Shown: in pieces, positions 12,901-19,484 of the stretch
Position numbering within the stretch: position 1 is the stretch's first letter
How the letters are laid out: each line of letters opens with the position of its first letter
Notes under the pieces: model-generated
The model's input: only the letters and a program-made list of their open reading frames with translations
Told to the model about the DNA's origin: nothing
Database searches by the model: none
Translations under genes and position numbers: made by a program
Assembly: GCA_030583825.1 (NCBI GenBank)
Contig: CP129477.1
Coordinates: 382,308-446,307 of the forward strand
Direction: 5' to 3'
DNA from: Candidatus Dojkabacteria bacterium
Lineage (GTDB): Bacteria > Patescibacteriota > Dojkabacteria > GCA-002793355
DNA: 64,000 nucleotides

Positions 12901-14796
12901 TGCTTTTATTTTCATGACTTCGCCAAATGTGTATTGTGCCGTTGTTGTTTGTCCTTCTCCATTTACAAGGTTTACAGAAGGTGGACTTAGGGTTCCACTA
13001 CCGGGAGTTACATTATCTGCGAGTACCGGAGTGAGCGCTACATTTCCTGAAAATGAGACTAAGTTGTTAAATTCGTCGTAGGAACGTACTGTCACTGTGA
13101 AATTTTCATTAATAACTGCAATGTCAGGAACTGTTACTCCGTAATGATGTAACTCACCTGCATCAGCGCTTGCCGTAAAAGTAACTGTTCCGATACTGTT
13201 TCGGGTTGCCGTCATTGTATTGTTATTTGAGCCGGCAATCTGTCCGAGTGTCCATGCCACTGTTCCGAGTCCATTTTCGTTAGTAATTGTTGTTGAAGGA
13301 AGAACACTTCCATTACCAGCCGTTACGGCCCAAACAATTGTCTCACCAGGAACGCCAAATCCTGCAGAATCTTGTACTTTTGCAATAACACTTTGAGACA
13401 AAGCACTACCGGCTGTTCCCGTTTGATTATCGCCACTTACTTTTACAATAGCACTAGGATTTCCTACAATAAGAAAATCTCTATCGTTTGTACCATTGCC
13501 ACCGAAATCTACCCAGTGACCTGGAATACCGGAGTTATTAATTGCTCGGATTCTAAATTTGTATTCTTTACTCACCGGAACAGAAGCCACAGTCATCTGC
13601 CCACAATCGCTTGGAGGCGCAGCACAAAGCTGAGGATTAGACTGAAAAGTTCCCTGCGTATGTGTAAAGATTCCTGTAAACGCTTCGTTTTTATCGCGAA
13701 GCTCAATTTGCAAACGAACTTGCGCAGAGGGGTTAGGATCTTGTAAATCTGCTACAAATTTAATACTTGTCTGACGAGTAACACCACCAACCGCGATTTC
13801 GTTGCTTGTTGCATCTTCGTAAATATGCACAATTGTTGGAGTTTCCGGGCGGCAAGCTGGCCCAATAAGTGTGCCGTTTTGTCCATCTTGTCCGGCATCT
13901 CCACCCAAGACACTAACTGCACCGGAAAACGTATTGCCACTTTCACAAATCATCACAATACGTCCTCCACCGCCACCTCCGCCTTGTCGTAAGGCTGTAG
14001 CATCAGCGCCACCACCACGAGCATCAACTCGGCCAGTTCCTGCAAATGTTGTCGCTTCTATCCATACGCTTCCACCTGCACCACCACCACCGGACGACTT
14101 GCCATCTGCGCTTTTCTGTCCATTTTCTCCATTTGCTGATACTTCTCCATTAATTGTTACTGTGCCGGAGGCTTCAACTTTAAGAGCACCTCCACCATTT
14201 CCACCAACACCTGCATTTCCACTGTTTCCTCCTGCACCGCCCAAAGTAATTGGCTGTTCATTAAACCCAAAAGCAACGCCAGGAGTTGCACTTGCATTCA
14301 CTCCATCGGTAATACCTTCTCCACCGGCTCCACCATGACCACCACCGGAGCCTGCTGTGTCGCCTGCGGCATCGGCTGCATTTCCATTTGTGTCGTTACT
14401 CGTTGATGAATATCCCTGCCCATCTGCCGAAACTTTTCCACCGGCATCCACTGTTAAGTTGGCTACTTTTATAACAATTCCTTTATCATTTGAAGAACTT
14501 GTGTCGTTCGTAATATGGCTCTTTATTACCAAGTTTCCACCAGATGCAACGGTAATATCCTGACCAGAACAATCAATAATATTGTCATTTGCAAGAGGAG
14601 TTACTTCCAATGTTGTAGAAATAGTACCGGGAAGTACGCACGATATAGCAGTAACATTTGTAAGTGCTGAGAATAAGTAAAATACGCTAATTGAGGCAAT
14701 GCTCATGACAATGCCAAGCGACAGAATTCTTACCAAGAACTGACGTGATACTCTCTGTAAGAAGTTTGTAAGAACAGGTGAAATATTATGGTTCAT
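3910..14796 (-). CDS. Giant (3,628 aa) membrane-anchored, Gly-rich beta-helix-like repeat surface protein. It contains Ig-like/FN3 domains, a LamG-like domain, a PT-rich linker, a carboxypeptidase-regulatory-like domain and a C-terminal multi-TM region.
   Basis: Single uninterrupted 10,887-nt ORF. Along the protein: N-terminal TM anchor (aa ~25-53), Gly-rich ADGxGY...GGxGGS.W blocks, bacterial Ig-like (Big) motif SGDNQTGTAGSALSQSV, 4.6 tandem ~362-aa repeats, LamG/ConA-like jelly-roll (YTIELWATF...GWHHIATV...HFYVDGNKV), PT linker (PLPTPTPTEF...IPTPTMTPFPTIPP), CarboxypepD_reg-like segment (VVYDGVTKKPLGRAIIRLFDAGSGKIVTTAVTDAQGVFKL), and at least 4 C-terminal TM helices. Confidence 0.85.
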   Translation of the reverse strand: MNHNISPVLTNFLQRVSRQFLVRILSLGIVMSIASISVFYLFSALTNVTAISCVLPGTISTTLEVTPLANDNIIDCSGQDITVASGGNLVIKSHITNDTSSSNDKGIVIKVANLTVDAGGKVSADGQGYSSTSNDTNGNAADAAGDTAGSGGGHGGAGGEGITDGVNASATPGVAFGFNEQPITLGGAGGNSGNAGVGGNGGGALKVEASGTVTINGEVSANGENGQKSADGKSSGGGGAGGSVWIEATTFAGTGRVDARGGGADATALRQGGGGGGGRIVMICESGNTFSGAVSVLGGDAGQDGQNGTLIGPACRPETPTIVHIYEDATSNEIAVGGVTRQTSIKFVADLQDPNPSAQVRLQIELRDKNEAFTGIFTHTQGTFQSNPQLCAAPPSDCGQMTVASVPVSKEYKFRIRAINNSGIPGHWVDFGGNGTNDRDFLIVGNPSAIVKVSGDNQTGTAGSALSQSVIAKVQDSAGFGVPGETIVWAVTAGNGSVLPSTTITNENGLGTVAWTLGQIAGSNNNTMTATRNSIGTVTFTASADAGELHHYGVTVPDIAVINENFTVTVRSYDEFNNLVSFSGNVALTPVLADNVTPGSGTLSPPSVNLVNGEGQTTTAQYTFGEVMKIKATDGNSNTGVSKSITFVSEIGSCPDIDVDTNQTWNAIDVPGGVFDCRGLGTLYVRNGATLTLRGYDSLDANYANDFSTTVLADAFEVEDGGVISADGQGYGQNGGPGYGSNSEAGGSHGGYGINAANGPYGSVQEPATLGSGGQGGNYFGNTSDGGTGGGAIRLISTATITVNGTISANGGPGVKGFPSLGTGAGGSIWLSGTSLNGDGLIRANGGVNQDSNGGSGGRIAVYQSNTGTFPLGNKANMQAFGGGSSTIGGPGTIYIDADGDTGGNGDLYVNNNGNNTNSAGIPFDPDKPLQEFNKIYVKEYGHLRVLGIGSTLKIANEDGLEGDNTTSKVEPEGMLDIPETFTVDRINLNIIGDYIGATTLTVGNGTHPAVMTLYARTQKRQSNHFPNHDHYSFSTITVKSQGEFALVSYDGNSSVTTDNNAVNLDDYGVSITVSGNFDVQSGGKVSADGRGYNTNTGPGYGGNGEAGGSHGGYGVSAVGLPYGSVKNPLTMGSGGQDGNYYGNISTGGRGGGAVKIITGGDLVVNGEITSRGGNGVKGFPGLGTGAGGSLWIIADTINGNGLLNVNGGSNDGASGGSGGRIAIYENTRGDYPITDRTKVTAFGGGVSNWGGPGTIYIDNDGQSGGNGELWVNNDGKNTNSAGIPYDDANPIQEFTKIHVKEYGHLRVMGIDSTLRILDEDGIDGDNTVSKIEPEGTLQVPYVFTVDRVNLNILGELSGADSLTIGNGTNPAIVTLYARTQKRQNLHAPNQDNYQFTSVLVKNQGQFYLTSYVGNNSVPEDNNEANLNEYGVTLNVLDDFTIETGGLVSADGRGYAINSGPGYGGNGEGGASHGGYGYNGVGAPYGRVKEPVTLGSGGNNGNYYGNISDGGTGGGAIKLNITGTLTVNGGLTARGGNGVKGFPGLGTGAGGSLWVVANSINGNGLITTNGGSNDGGSGGSGGRIAIYESIRGSFPITTKSNIQSFGGGISNWGGPGTIYIDDDGQSGGNGHLWVNNNGQNTNSAAIPYDAVNPVQEFTQIHVREYGHLRVMGIDSTLKITSESGLEGDATVSKIEPEGLLDLPEIFTVDRVNLTVLGDITGADNLTIGNETNPAAVTLYARTQKRQNDRFPNQDVYEFESLHVKSQATMTLVSYVGNTGTPNDNNEQNANEYGVTLTIAENLQIDANGVIHADGRGFGINSGPGYGGNGEAGGSHGGFGVSAVGAPYGSVKTPVTLGSGGQNGNYFGNISDGGTGGGAIRLAVSGILQNNGRISANGGNGVKGFPGLGTGAGGSIWISANTLNGNGLIAANGGENSGANGGSGGRIAIYENLRGNFPIESKTNLQSFGGGVNNWGGPGTVYIDGDGAIGGNGDLRVNNNNRNTLSAAVPYNVLDPVQEFSKIYVKEYGHLRVMGIDSTLKITSEEGLEGDNTASRVEPEGMLELPEAFTIDRINLTILGDISGGNNLTVGNGQNPASLTMYARTQKRQNTRYPNQDIYTFDSFTVKQQSTVILNSYDGSAATEGDNNSQGLDDYGVTINVNGDVTVESSAKIHADGTGYGINTGPGYGGNGEAGGSHGGYGISTAGTAYGSIKQPVTLGSGGQNGNYFGNISQGGTGGGAIKIAATGIFTNNGVVSANGGNGVKGFPGLGTGAGGSLWIAANTINGTGSFTVNGGQNSGAKGGSGGHLALYEIVRGSFPVTSDSNVQSLGGGVSNWGGPGTVYTEALNLHGAGQGNFRVVNANRAGRVQDMEAGEWTFHDVTLGQNVTMWIKSDTTVLASNAPSLTPSAPAATENSLALWHLDEVTGTGAYLLDSSSYGRHATPVKEPLPETGKFSNGYNFNATQKVITFPEVPTTTDYTIELWATFPLPTTPDGYRTLVAKNGGTYHHILVNGDGILGAYFSSFYSSGFDVDSLAAGWHHIATVAQGSQTHFYVDGNKVGTINTKTTQPISIIGGYSSTAGNQFAGKLDEIHIQNRALTAREIEAHARGLTLEQFEQLEPYMVGQGVALNLSGDFTLDTGAVINGSGRGFPSSKGAGKGRIGVGQTGGSGGAHGGDGGTAESDGINTAPGGGIKYGDQYRPLTLGSGGGASNLGAIGGNGGNAFAVLANQGAITVKGSILMNGTGGATGSPGGGGGAGGSILLYGDSCDIGGTLSAMGGNGGDGTFDGGGGGGGRISILFASGPCEVSGSISVAFGAGASAQEGQIGTYPPEPNSVPLPPDFENQYAPVSPGSSSELIRRDKATQVFAQQFRQPVYETPVMSEGSVLGAGEEVIPVGGVIGGTTVTLKANAYDAGASPGSPKSLRLEFELKEVNQSFDGVTNVHTSNTIVFTGGAPQLLSATITNLEVGTSYKWRVRTVNVSNGLFSDWKSFGNNADSESDFTISSTVAIELIPSKTNLLTGEVIELTVIARDQNNNVDTTYRGEVTFSSTSLTADLPDNYTFTVGDNGQKVFQNVLFYEAGNFTITVEDVHTPALTDTAAFTVAIPSVPNLTFTSSDYFVAQNQVITLQWTSQFMTNLIIDNGIGSVPANGTVNVSIPQTMSFMIQGTRPDDSIVTMTITITVNNSETPLPTPTPTEFVINPLPSGTPIPTPTMTPFPTIPPNAMCPVIQEFKLSDSFATPDERVVLSWKVIDATSVAIDTIGSEVAPNGLYGFVADRSQQFTIKAVGENCQKTQTVSLFFVGFTPQDLSAGVVGAIIVAETVLPILGGAAQGNIWLAGVGLIERLRRRIPWGVVYDGVTKKPLGRAIIRLFDAGSGKIVTTAVTDAQGVFKLTPKAGKYFIQVTKIGYVFPSAIVPGETDDAFMNVYHGETLEIKADNAPVTLTIPIDPEKTEDKAKLTWRLVKTRALFVFEKLNSALLYGGFAYSIWATFITPSFVNMVVLTFYGGFFALKAYLLRIPDFGTVSKGVLQPVAGVEVGLYETEFQTLVTRTFTDKSGKYAFYVPNRDYFIRLIDATYKMTNTKATNEKLYVNAEKDSAIRIVRENISVKQLKSSKVSASGTKALK
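7770..12834 (-). repeat. Intragenic tandem repeat array: about 4.6 copies of a ~1,086-nt unit (362 aa) encoding Gly-rich modules of the giant protein.
   Basis: The SADG(Q/R)GY motif recurs every ~362 aa (aa ~725, ~1087, ~1450, ...). DNA copies are about 75-85% identical (for example 8045-8160 vs 9130-9240). Recurring antisense shadow ORFs at 7895, 10079 and 11132 (PAPVPRPGNPFTP...) mark the period. Confidence 0.8.
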
Positions 14797-15718
14797 TCTT
14801 TATATTGCTATCTAATTCAAAATCGTGCGTTAACTTACGTCCAAGCGCATAAATGCACACACCAAGAAGAACTACTCCTGTCAGTTTGAGCGCAATAAGT
14901 GCCCACCAAGCAGGAAGCAAAATGAATAATCCTGTACCTAAAATCCATAAAAATGTGAAAAACTGCATATATACGACCACAGCAGCATAGAAAATCGCTT
15001 CTTTTGAAATAGATGACTGTGAAGATTTTTTAATAGCAAACTTCTGAGTTAGAAATTTCACAATAAATGCCCAAATAACATGAAATATAACTCCAATAGT
15101 TGCACCTGCAATTGCAAAGATCGGCAAAATAATCGCCCAGTAACTCATGAGAAATGAAGTGCTAACCATTTGTGCAATCGCACCTTCGGCACCTGCTTTG
15201 TCAAATGTAACTGTTTTTGAAAATAGCTGCGAATACTGAATCTCTGTTCGTTTTTCTCCATCTTTAAACAACACATGATCTTTTAAAAGCCCAATACCGT
15301 TGATTGTTACTGTTTTTCCGTTCGCAATTCTATCATCCCAGAAGTGCGGGTTTAATTGCCCAGTATTATCAATGACGCAAACATATTGGCTCATCTCTGT
15401 ATTTTCAATGTAGTACGTATATACTTGCGGTTTAATATCTGTGGAAAGTTGACCATTCTCAATTGTCATTGTTGTGAAATTGGCATTACGAAGTGCGTTT
15501 TGCACCTGATTCCCTAAATATTGAACCTGCGGAACAATAATGAAAAGAAATAATAGTGTCGCAGAGATAGCGATGGCGACCCCTTGGAAAATTGAAGACA
15601 ACAAGAAAAGCATTCCTAAATGTTTTTTAGTCAGCTTTGAGACTGCTGTAAATTTCTCGTTCCAGAAAAAGGGAACAAATAGCATCTCAAGATAAGTGCG
15701 CAGAGAATTCATGTTCAC
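14786..15718 (-). CDS. Polytopic membrane protein (N-terminal TM, ~130-aa extracytoplasmic domain, 3-4 C-terminal TMs; DUF1189-like?), translationally coupled to the giant protein gene.
   Basis: 310-aa ORF whose stop overlaps the giant gene start by 11 nt (14786-14796). Hydrophobic segments lie at aa ~35-62 and ~200-300. Family assignment is uncertain. Confidence 0.5.
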   Translation of the reverse strand: MNMNSLRTYLEMLFVPFFWNEKFTAVSKLTKKHLGMLFLLSSIFQGVAIAISATLLFLFIIVPQVQYLGNQVQNALRNANFTTMTIENGQLSTDIKPQVYTYYIENTEMSQYVCVIDNTGQLNPHFWDDRIANGKTVTINGIGLLKDHVLFKDGEKRTEIQYSQLFSKTVTFDKAGAEGAIAQMVSTSFLMSYWAIILPIFAIAGATIGVIFHVIWAFIVKFLTQKFAIKKSSQSSISKEAIFYAAVVVYMQFFTFLWILGTGLFILLPAWWALIALKLTGVVLLGVCIYALGRKLTHDFELDSNIKNEP

Positions 15719-15807
15719 ACGTTATTCTGACAGGATTTAAAAAATGATGCAATATCTTATAACCAGTATCAGTAGTCTACGGATCTCATATACCGTATCC
15801 CTCCCTT

Positions 15808-16278
15808 TTGACGTTGCTAGGTACCTCCCCCACAGGTATTGACTTTATTACATTCAAGAGAGATACTTTAGGTATGGCACAGATTCACATAAAAAAGACT
15901 TCCCTCTCGTGGATCTTTCTGAGCGTTGTAATAATGGCACTATTAGTATTTTTATTTTTGTCGCAACCTGAAAAGTCTCAATCACAAAATACTGTTGTCG
16001 CATTTGAAAACGATATTCAAATTATTACTGTCTCGGCAAAAGGCGGATATTACCCGTCGGTAATCACGGCAAAGGCAAACAAGAAAACTGTACTCCGTAT
16101 GCTTACCAAAGGAACCTTTGACTGTAGTGCCGCATTTACTATTCCCGCAATTGGATACAGAGAGTTTCTTCCAAATACAGGAACGACTGATATTTCAATT
16201 CCTCCGCAGGAAGCAGGTAACACAATAAACGCGACCTGCTCAATGGGAATGTATTCGCTAAAAATAAACTTTCAATAA
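15808..16278 (+). CDS. Small membrane-anchored cupredoxin-like protein, paralog B. It is the first gene of the copper operon, and the true start is probably the internal Met at 15874.
   Basis: Paralog of 188..658 with the same TKGTFDCSAAFTIPAIG core, plus Cys/Met-rich C-terminal TCSMGMYS. It sits 5 nt upstream of csoR. The candidate operator at 15822-15838 would lie inside the long-ORF N-terminal extension, which favours the 15874 start. Confidence 0.45.
   Translation: MTLLGTSPTGIDFITFKRDTLGMAQIHIKKTSLSWIFLSVVIMALLVFLFLSQPEKSQSQNTVVAFENDIQIITVSAKGGYYPSVITAKANKKTVLRMLTKGTFDCSAAFTIPAIGYREFLPNTGTTDISIPPQEAGNTINATCSMGMYSLKINFQ
15822..15838 (+). promoter_or_regulatory. Candidate CsoR operator (imperfect inverted repeat flanking a C-run) upstream of the cupredoxin-csoR-copA operon.
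   Basis: TACCT-CCCCCAC-AGGTA. This resembles the TACCC-N-GGGGTA type GC-tract pseudo-palindromes described for CsoR operators. It lies about 35-50 nt upstream of the probable Met start at 15874. Confidence 0.25.
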
Positions 16279-16283
16279 TTATC

Positions 16284-16580
16284 ATGAATCATCCACATCA
16301 TACACACAATTCTCATACTCTCTCGAAGCGACAAGCTTCTATCGCACTGAAAAAAGCTAGAACTCATATTTCAAAAGTACTGACAATGATTGAAGATGAC
16401 CAGTACTGCGTAGATGTTTTACAACAAATCCGAGCTGTCGAAGGATTGCTAAAATCCGCATCAGAGAAAGTGCTAAAGAATCATATGCAGACATGTTTTG
16501 CAGAAGGGATGAGTACTCATGATAAAAAACGAAAAGAGATACTGATTCAGGAAGTGCTAGATGTTGTAAAGATAAGCTAA
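16284..16580 (+). CDS. csoR: CsoR/RcnR-family (DUF156) copper-sensing transcriptional repressor.
   Basis: 98-aa protein carrying the conserved CsoR core (DDQYCVDVLQQIRAVEGLLKSA ... HMQTC), with Cys/His ligand positions in the expected spacing. Located immediately upstream of copA. Confidence 0.8.
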   Translation: MNHPHHTHNSHTLSKRQASIALKKARTHISKVLTMIEDDQYCVDVLQQIRAVEGLLKSASEKVLKNHMQTCFAEGMSTHDKKRKEILIQEVLDVVKIS

Positions 16581-16591
16581 AAGACACAAGC

Positions 16592-18973
16592 ATGAAAAAA
16601 TATACTCTCCCCGTGAAAGGAATGAACTGCGCAAGCTGCTCTATCACAGTTGAAAAAACATTAAAGAAACAACCTGGAGTTATTGAGTGTGAAGTAAATT
16701 TCGGTAACGAGAAAGCAAATATTACGCTTGATGAATCAAAAACAGATTTACCGACACTAAGTAAAACAATTGAACCATTTGGATATTCTTTAGATATCGA
16801 GATACATAACCACGATGGAAACAATCATAGCAAAGGGCATCACCACACGAACCACAATACTCATAAACCTGGAACACATGTAATGCCTGACGGAACAGTC
16901 ATGGACAATAATGCAATGGATCATTCACAACACTTGGGCTTGAATCAAACAAAAGATGAAAAGCTTCAGCAACTAGAAAAAGAGCGCCAAAAAGTCTTGT
17001 TTGCATTACCGGCAGCCTTGCTTATGTTTGGGTTGATGATGTGGGAAATTTCAGCAATGTATATTCCCCAAATTCCAGCATTCCCAATAGATATGATGAT
17101 TTATCAGCGAGTAGCACTTATTCTTGCAACAGTTTCTCTCTTCTGGATCGGAGGAGAATTTCTTAAAGAAGTTATCGTTTTTCTGCGGTACAGGGTTGCA
17201 AACATGTACACACTTATTGGCATAGGAACATTCACGGCATACGTTTACTCAGCGTTCGTTGTTTTGTTTCCAGATATTGCGATGCAGCTTTCTTTGCCTG
17301 AGAATGCATATTTTGACGTTACTATTATCGTTATTGGGTTTGTGTATTTCGGAAAATATCTTGAAACACGCTCAAAGCTAAAAACTGGAGAAGCGATTGA
17401 GAAGCTTATAAATCTTCAAGCAAAAACTGCGACAGTGCTTCGTAATGGACAGGAAAAAGAGATTGCAATCGAAGATGTCGTATCTGGAGACTTGATAATC
17501 GTAAAGCCTGGACAAAAAATTCCTGTTGACGGCGTTATTACAGAAGGGACATCGTCAATAGATGAATCAATGATTACTGGGGAGCCTATACCGGTTGATA
17601 AAACACTTGGAGAAGTAGTCATTGGAGGGTCAATTAACAAGCACGGCAGCTTTACATTCAAAGCGACAAAAGTTGGTGCAGATACCTTACTTGCAGGAAT
17701 TATTCGCATGGTTGATGAAGCGCAAGGATCACGTGCACCGATTCAAAAAGTTGCCGATAAAGTGTCAGAAGTATTTGTGCCTGTTGTTCTTGTTGTCGCT
17801 ATTCTTTCACTCGTTGCATGGATAATTGCAGGATTTACTGTAATGCCATTTGATCAAGCTCTTTCACTAGGACTTATGTCATTTGTGGGAGTACTTATCA
17901 TTGCCTGTCCATGCGCTCTTGGGTTAGCAACGCCAACTGCAATAATCGTGGGAACTGGAAAAGGCGCAGAAATGGGGATACTGATAAAAAACGCTGAAAG
18001 CTTGGAAAAGTTACACTCTGTAACAACTATTGTAACCGACAAAACTGGCACACTCACCGAAGGAAGACCTGTTGTCACTGACATAATTATTCTTAATAAA
18101 AACATTACAGAGAAAGAAGTCTTACAGATTTTAGGGTCACTTGAGAAAAAGTCTGAGCATCCAATTGCGCATGCAATTGTTGAAAAAATGGCCAGAGAAA
18201 ACTATGCAAGCCTGGAAGTTACTGACTTCTCTATTCTCGAAGGAATGGGATTAACTGGAAAAGTGAAGAATACTCACTATTTCGCTGGAAACCTAAAACT
18301 CATGGAAAAACAGCGTATTGCAGTAAACTCAGAAAGATACAAACAGCTCACAGATCACGGAAAAACACTTGTATTTCTTGCAGACAGTAAAACAGCTCTC
18401 GCAGTGATTGGAATAACAGATACAGTGAAAGATACCGCAAAAGACACGATACAGTCACTGCACAAGCTGGGAATAAAGGTGGTAATGCTGACAGGAGATA
18501 ACCAGAAAGCAGCAGCCTTTTTTGCAAACGAAACTGGAATTGATACAGTCGTCGCAGATGTACTTCCAGGAGAAAAGGCAACTGTTGTGAAAAAACTTCA
18601 AGAAGAAGGAGAGATTGTTGCAATGGTGGGAGATGGCGTAAATGACGCACCTGCCTTGGCACAAGCAGATATTGGCATTGCAATGGGAACTGGAACAGAT
18701 GTTGCGATTGAATCTGCACAAATTACATTGCTGAAAGGAGATTTTTCCAAAGTATTAAAAGCAATAAAGTTGTCGAAATTCACGATGACAACGATTAAGC
18801 AAAATCTCTTCTGGGCATTTGCGTATAACATTGTGGGAATTCCACTCGCAGCTGGATTGTTTTATCCATTTTTTGGAGTAACACTCAATCCGGCATTTGC
18901 AGGGATGGCAATGGCACTCAGCAGCGTATCGGTGATTGGAAATTCATTAAGGTTGAGAGGGAGGAGGTTGTAG
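16592..18973 (+). CDS. copA: Copper-translocating P1B-type ATPase.
   Basis: N-terminal HMA domain GMNCASCS, His-rich linker, CPC motif (IIACPCALGLATP), DKTGTLT phosphorylation site, GDGVNDAP hinge, 8 TM helices. Confidence 0.95.
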   Translation: MKKYTLPVKGMNCASCSITVEKTLKKQPGVIECEVNFGNEKANITLDESKTDLPTLSKTIEPFGYSLDIEIHNHDGNNHSKGHHHTNHNTHKPGTHVMPDGTVMDNNAMDHSQHLGLNQTKDEKLQQLEKERQKVLFALPAALLMFGLMMWEISAMYIPQIPAFPIDMMIYQRVALILATVSLFWIGGEFLKEVIVFLRYRVANMYTLIGIGTFTAYVYSAFVVLFPDIAMQLSLPENAYFDVTIIVIGFVYFGKYLETRSKLKTGEAIEKLINLQAKTATVLRNGQEKEIAIEDVVSGDLIIVKPGQKIPVDGVITEGTSSIDESMITGEPIPVDKTLGEVVIGGSINKHGSFTFKATKVGADTLLAGIIRMVDEAQGSRAPIQKVADKVSEVFVPVVLVVAILSLVAWIIAGFTVMPFDQALSLGLMSFVGVLIIACPCALGLATPTAIIVGTGKGAEMGILIKNAESLEKLHSVTTIVTDKTGTLTEGRPVVTDIIILNKNITEKEVLQILGSLEKKSEHPIAHAIVEKMARENYASLEVTDFSILEGMGLTGKVKNTHYFAGNLKLMEKQRIAVNSERYKQLTDHGKTLVFLADSKTALAVIGITDTVKDTAKDTIQSLHKLGIKVVMLTGDNQKAAAFFANETGIDTVVADVLPGEKATVVKKLQEEGEIVAMVGDGVNDAPALAQADIGIAMGTGTDVAIESAQITLLKGDFSKVLKAIKLSKFTMTTIKQNLFWAFAYNIVGIPLAAGLFYPFFGVTLNPAFAGMAMALSSVSVIGNSLRLRGRRL

Positions 18974-18997
18974 GTTTAGTCTACTTGGAGATAGCGA

Positions 18998-19402
18998 TTA
19001 TAAAGCTCCGATAATCAGGCCCATTACAGCGAATACAACAGTGTTATATTCTGCATTGATAAGCCAGTGCTTGAATGATTTGCCTTCAAACATGTAATTG
19101 ACTCCAAATGCAAGAGAAACCCATCCCAAACCTGCTGCTAATCCAGCAAAAAGACCAAACATCCAATCGGTGTCTTTACCGATAAATGCGGCAAGATTAA
19201 GTGCCATGATAATGTCGAGGACAAATGATCCACCAAGAAACACTGCGAGGTTTGGAGCTTGTGCTTTCTCTGAATCTTTACCGGATTCTTTCATACCAAT
19301 CTCTTTCTGCCATGGCTTGGCAAAAATGATTGTGTACCAGACAAAACCAATGAAGAACGCTGCAAGTGCAGCCAAAAATACTGCTATAAAGTTGATTTCC
19401 AT
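18998..19402 (-). CDS. DUF1761-family small membrane protein.
   Basis: 134 aa with 4 hydrophobic helices. N-terminal MEINFIAVFLAALAAFFIGFVWY resembles DUF1761 members. Recalled, not searched. Confidence 0.4.
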   Translation of the reverse strand: MEINFIAVFLAALAAFFIGFVWYTIIFAKPWQKEIGMKESGKDSEKAQAPNLAVFLGGSFVLDIIMALNLAAFIGKDTDWMFGLFAGLAAGLGWVSLAFGVNYMFEGKSFKHWLINAEYNTVVFAVMGLIIGAL

Positions 19403-19484
19403 TTTTTATTGTAAAGGAATTGGGGAGGGTGTCAATAAATATACATAAAAAGAAGTTAGTAAGATACTTAGGATATAATTAAAA

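Noticed and set aside
3910-14796. Possibility that the giant ORF is an RHS/YD-repeat or polymorphic toxin.
   Set aside because: No YD/RHS repeats, PAAR motif or C-terminal toxin module are visible. The C-terminus is a multi-TM anchor with a carboxypeptidase-regulatory-like domain, consistent with an adhesin or surface structure rather than a secreted toxin.
16357-16824. 155-aa minus-strand ORF overlapping csoR and the copA start.
   Set aside because: It overlaps two strongly supported plus-strand genes and has no recognisable features.
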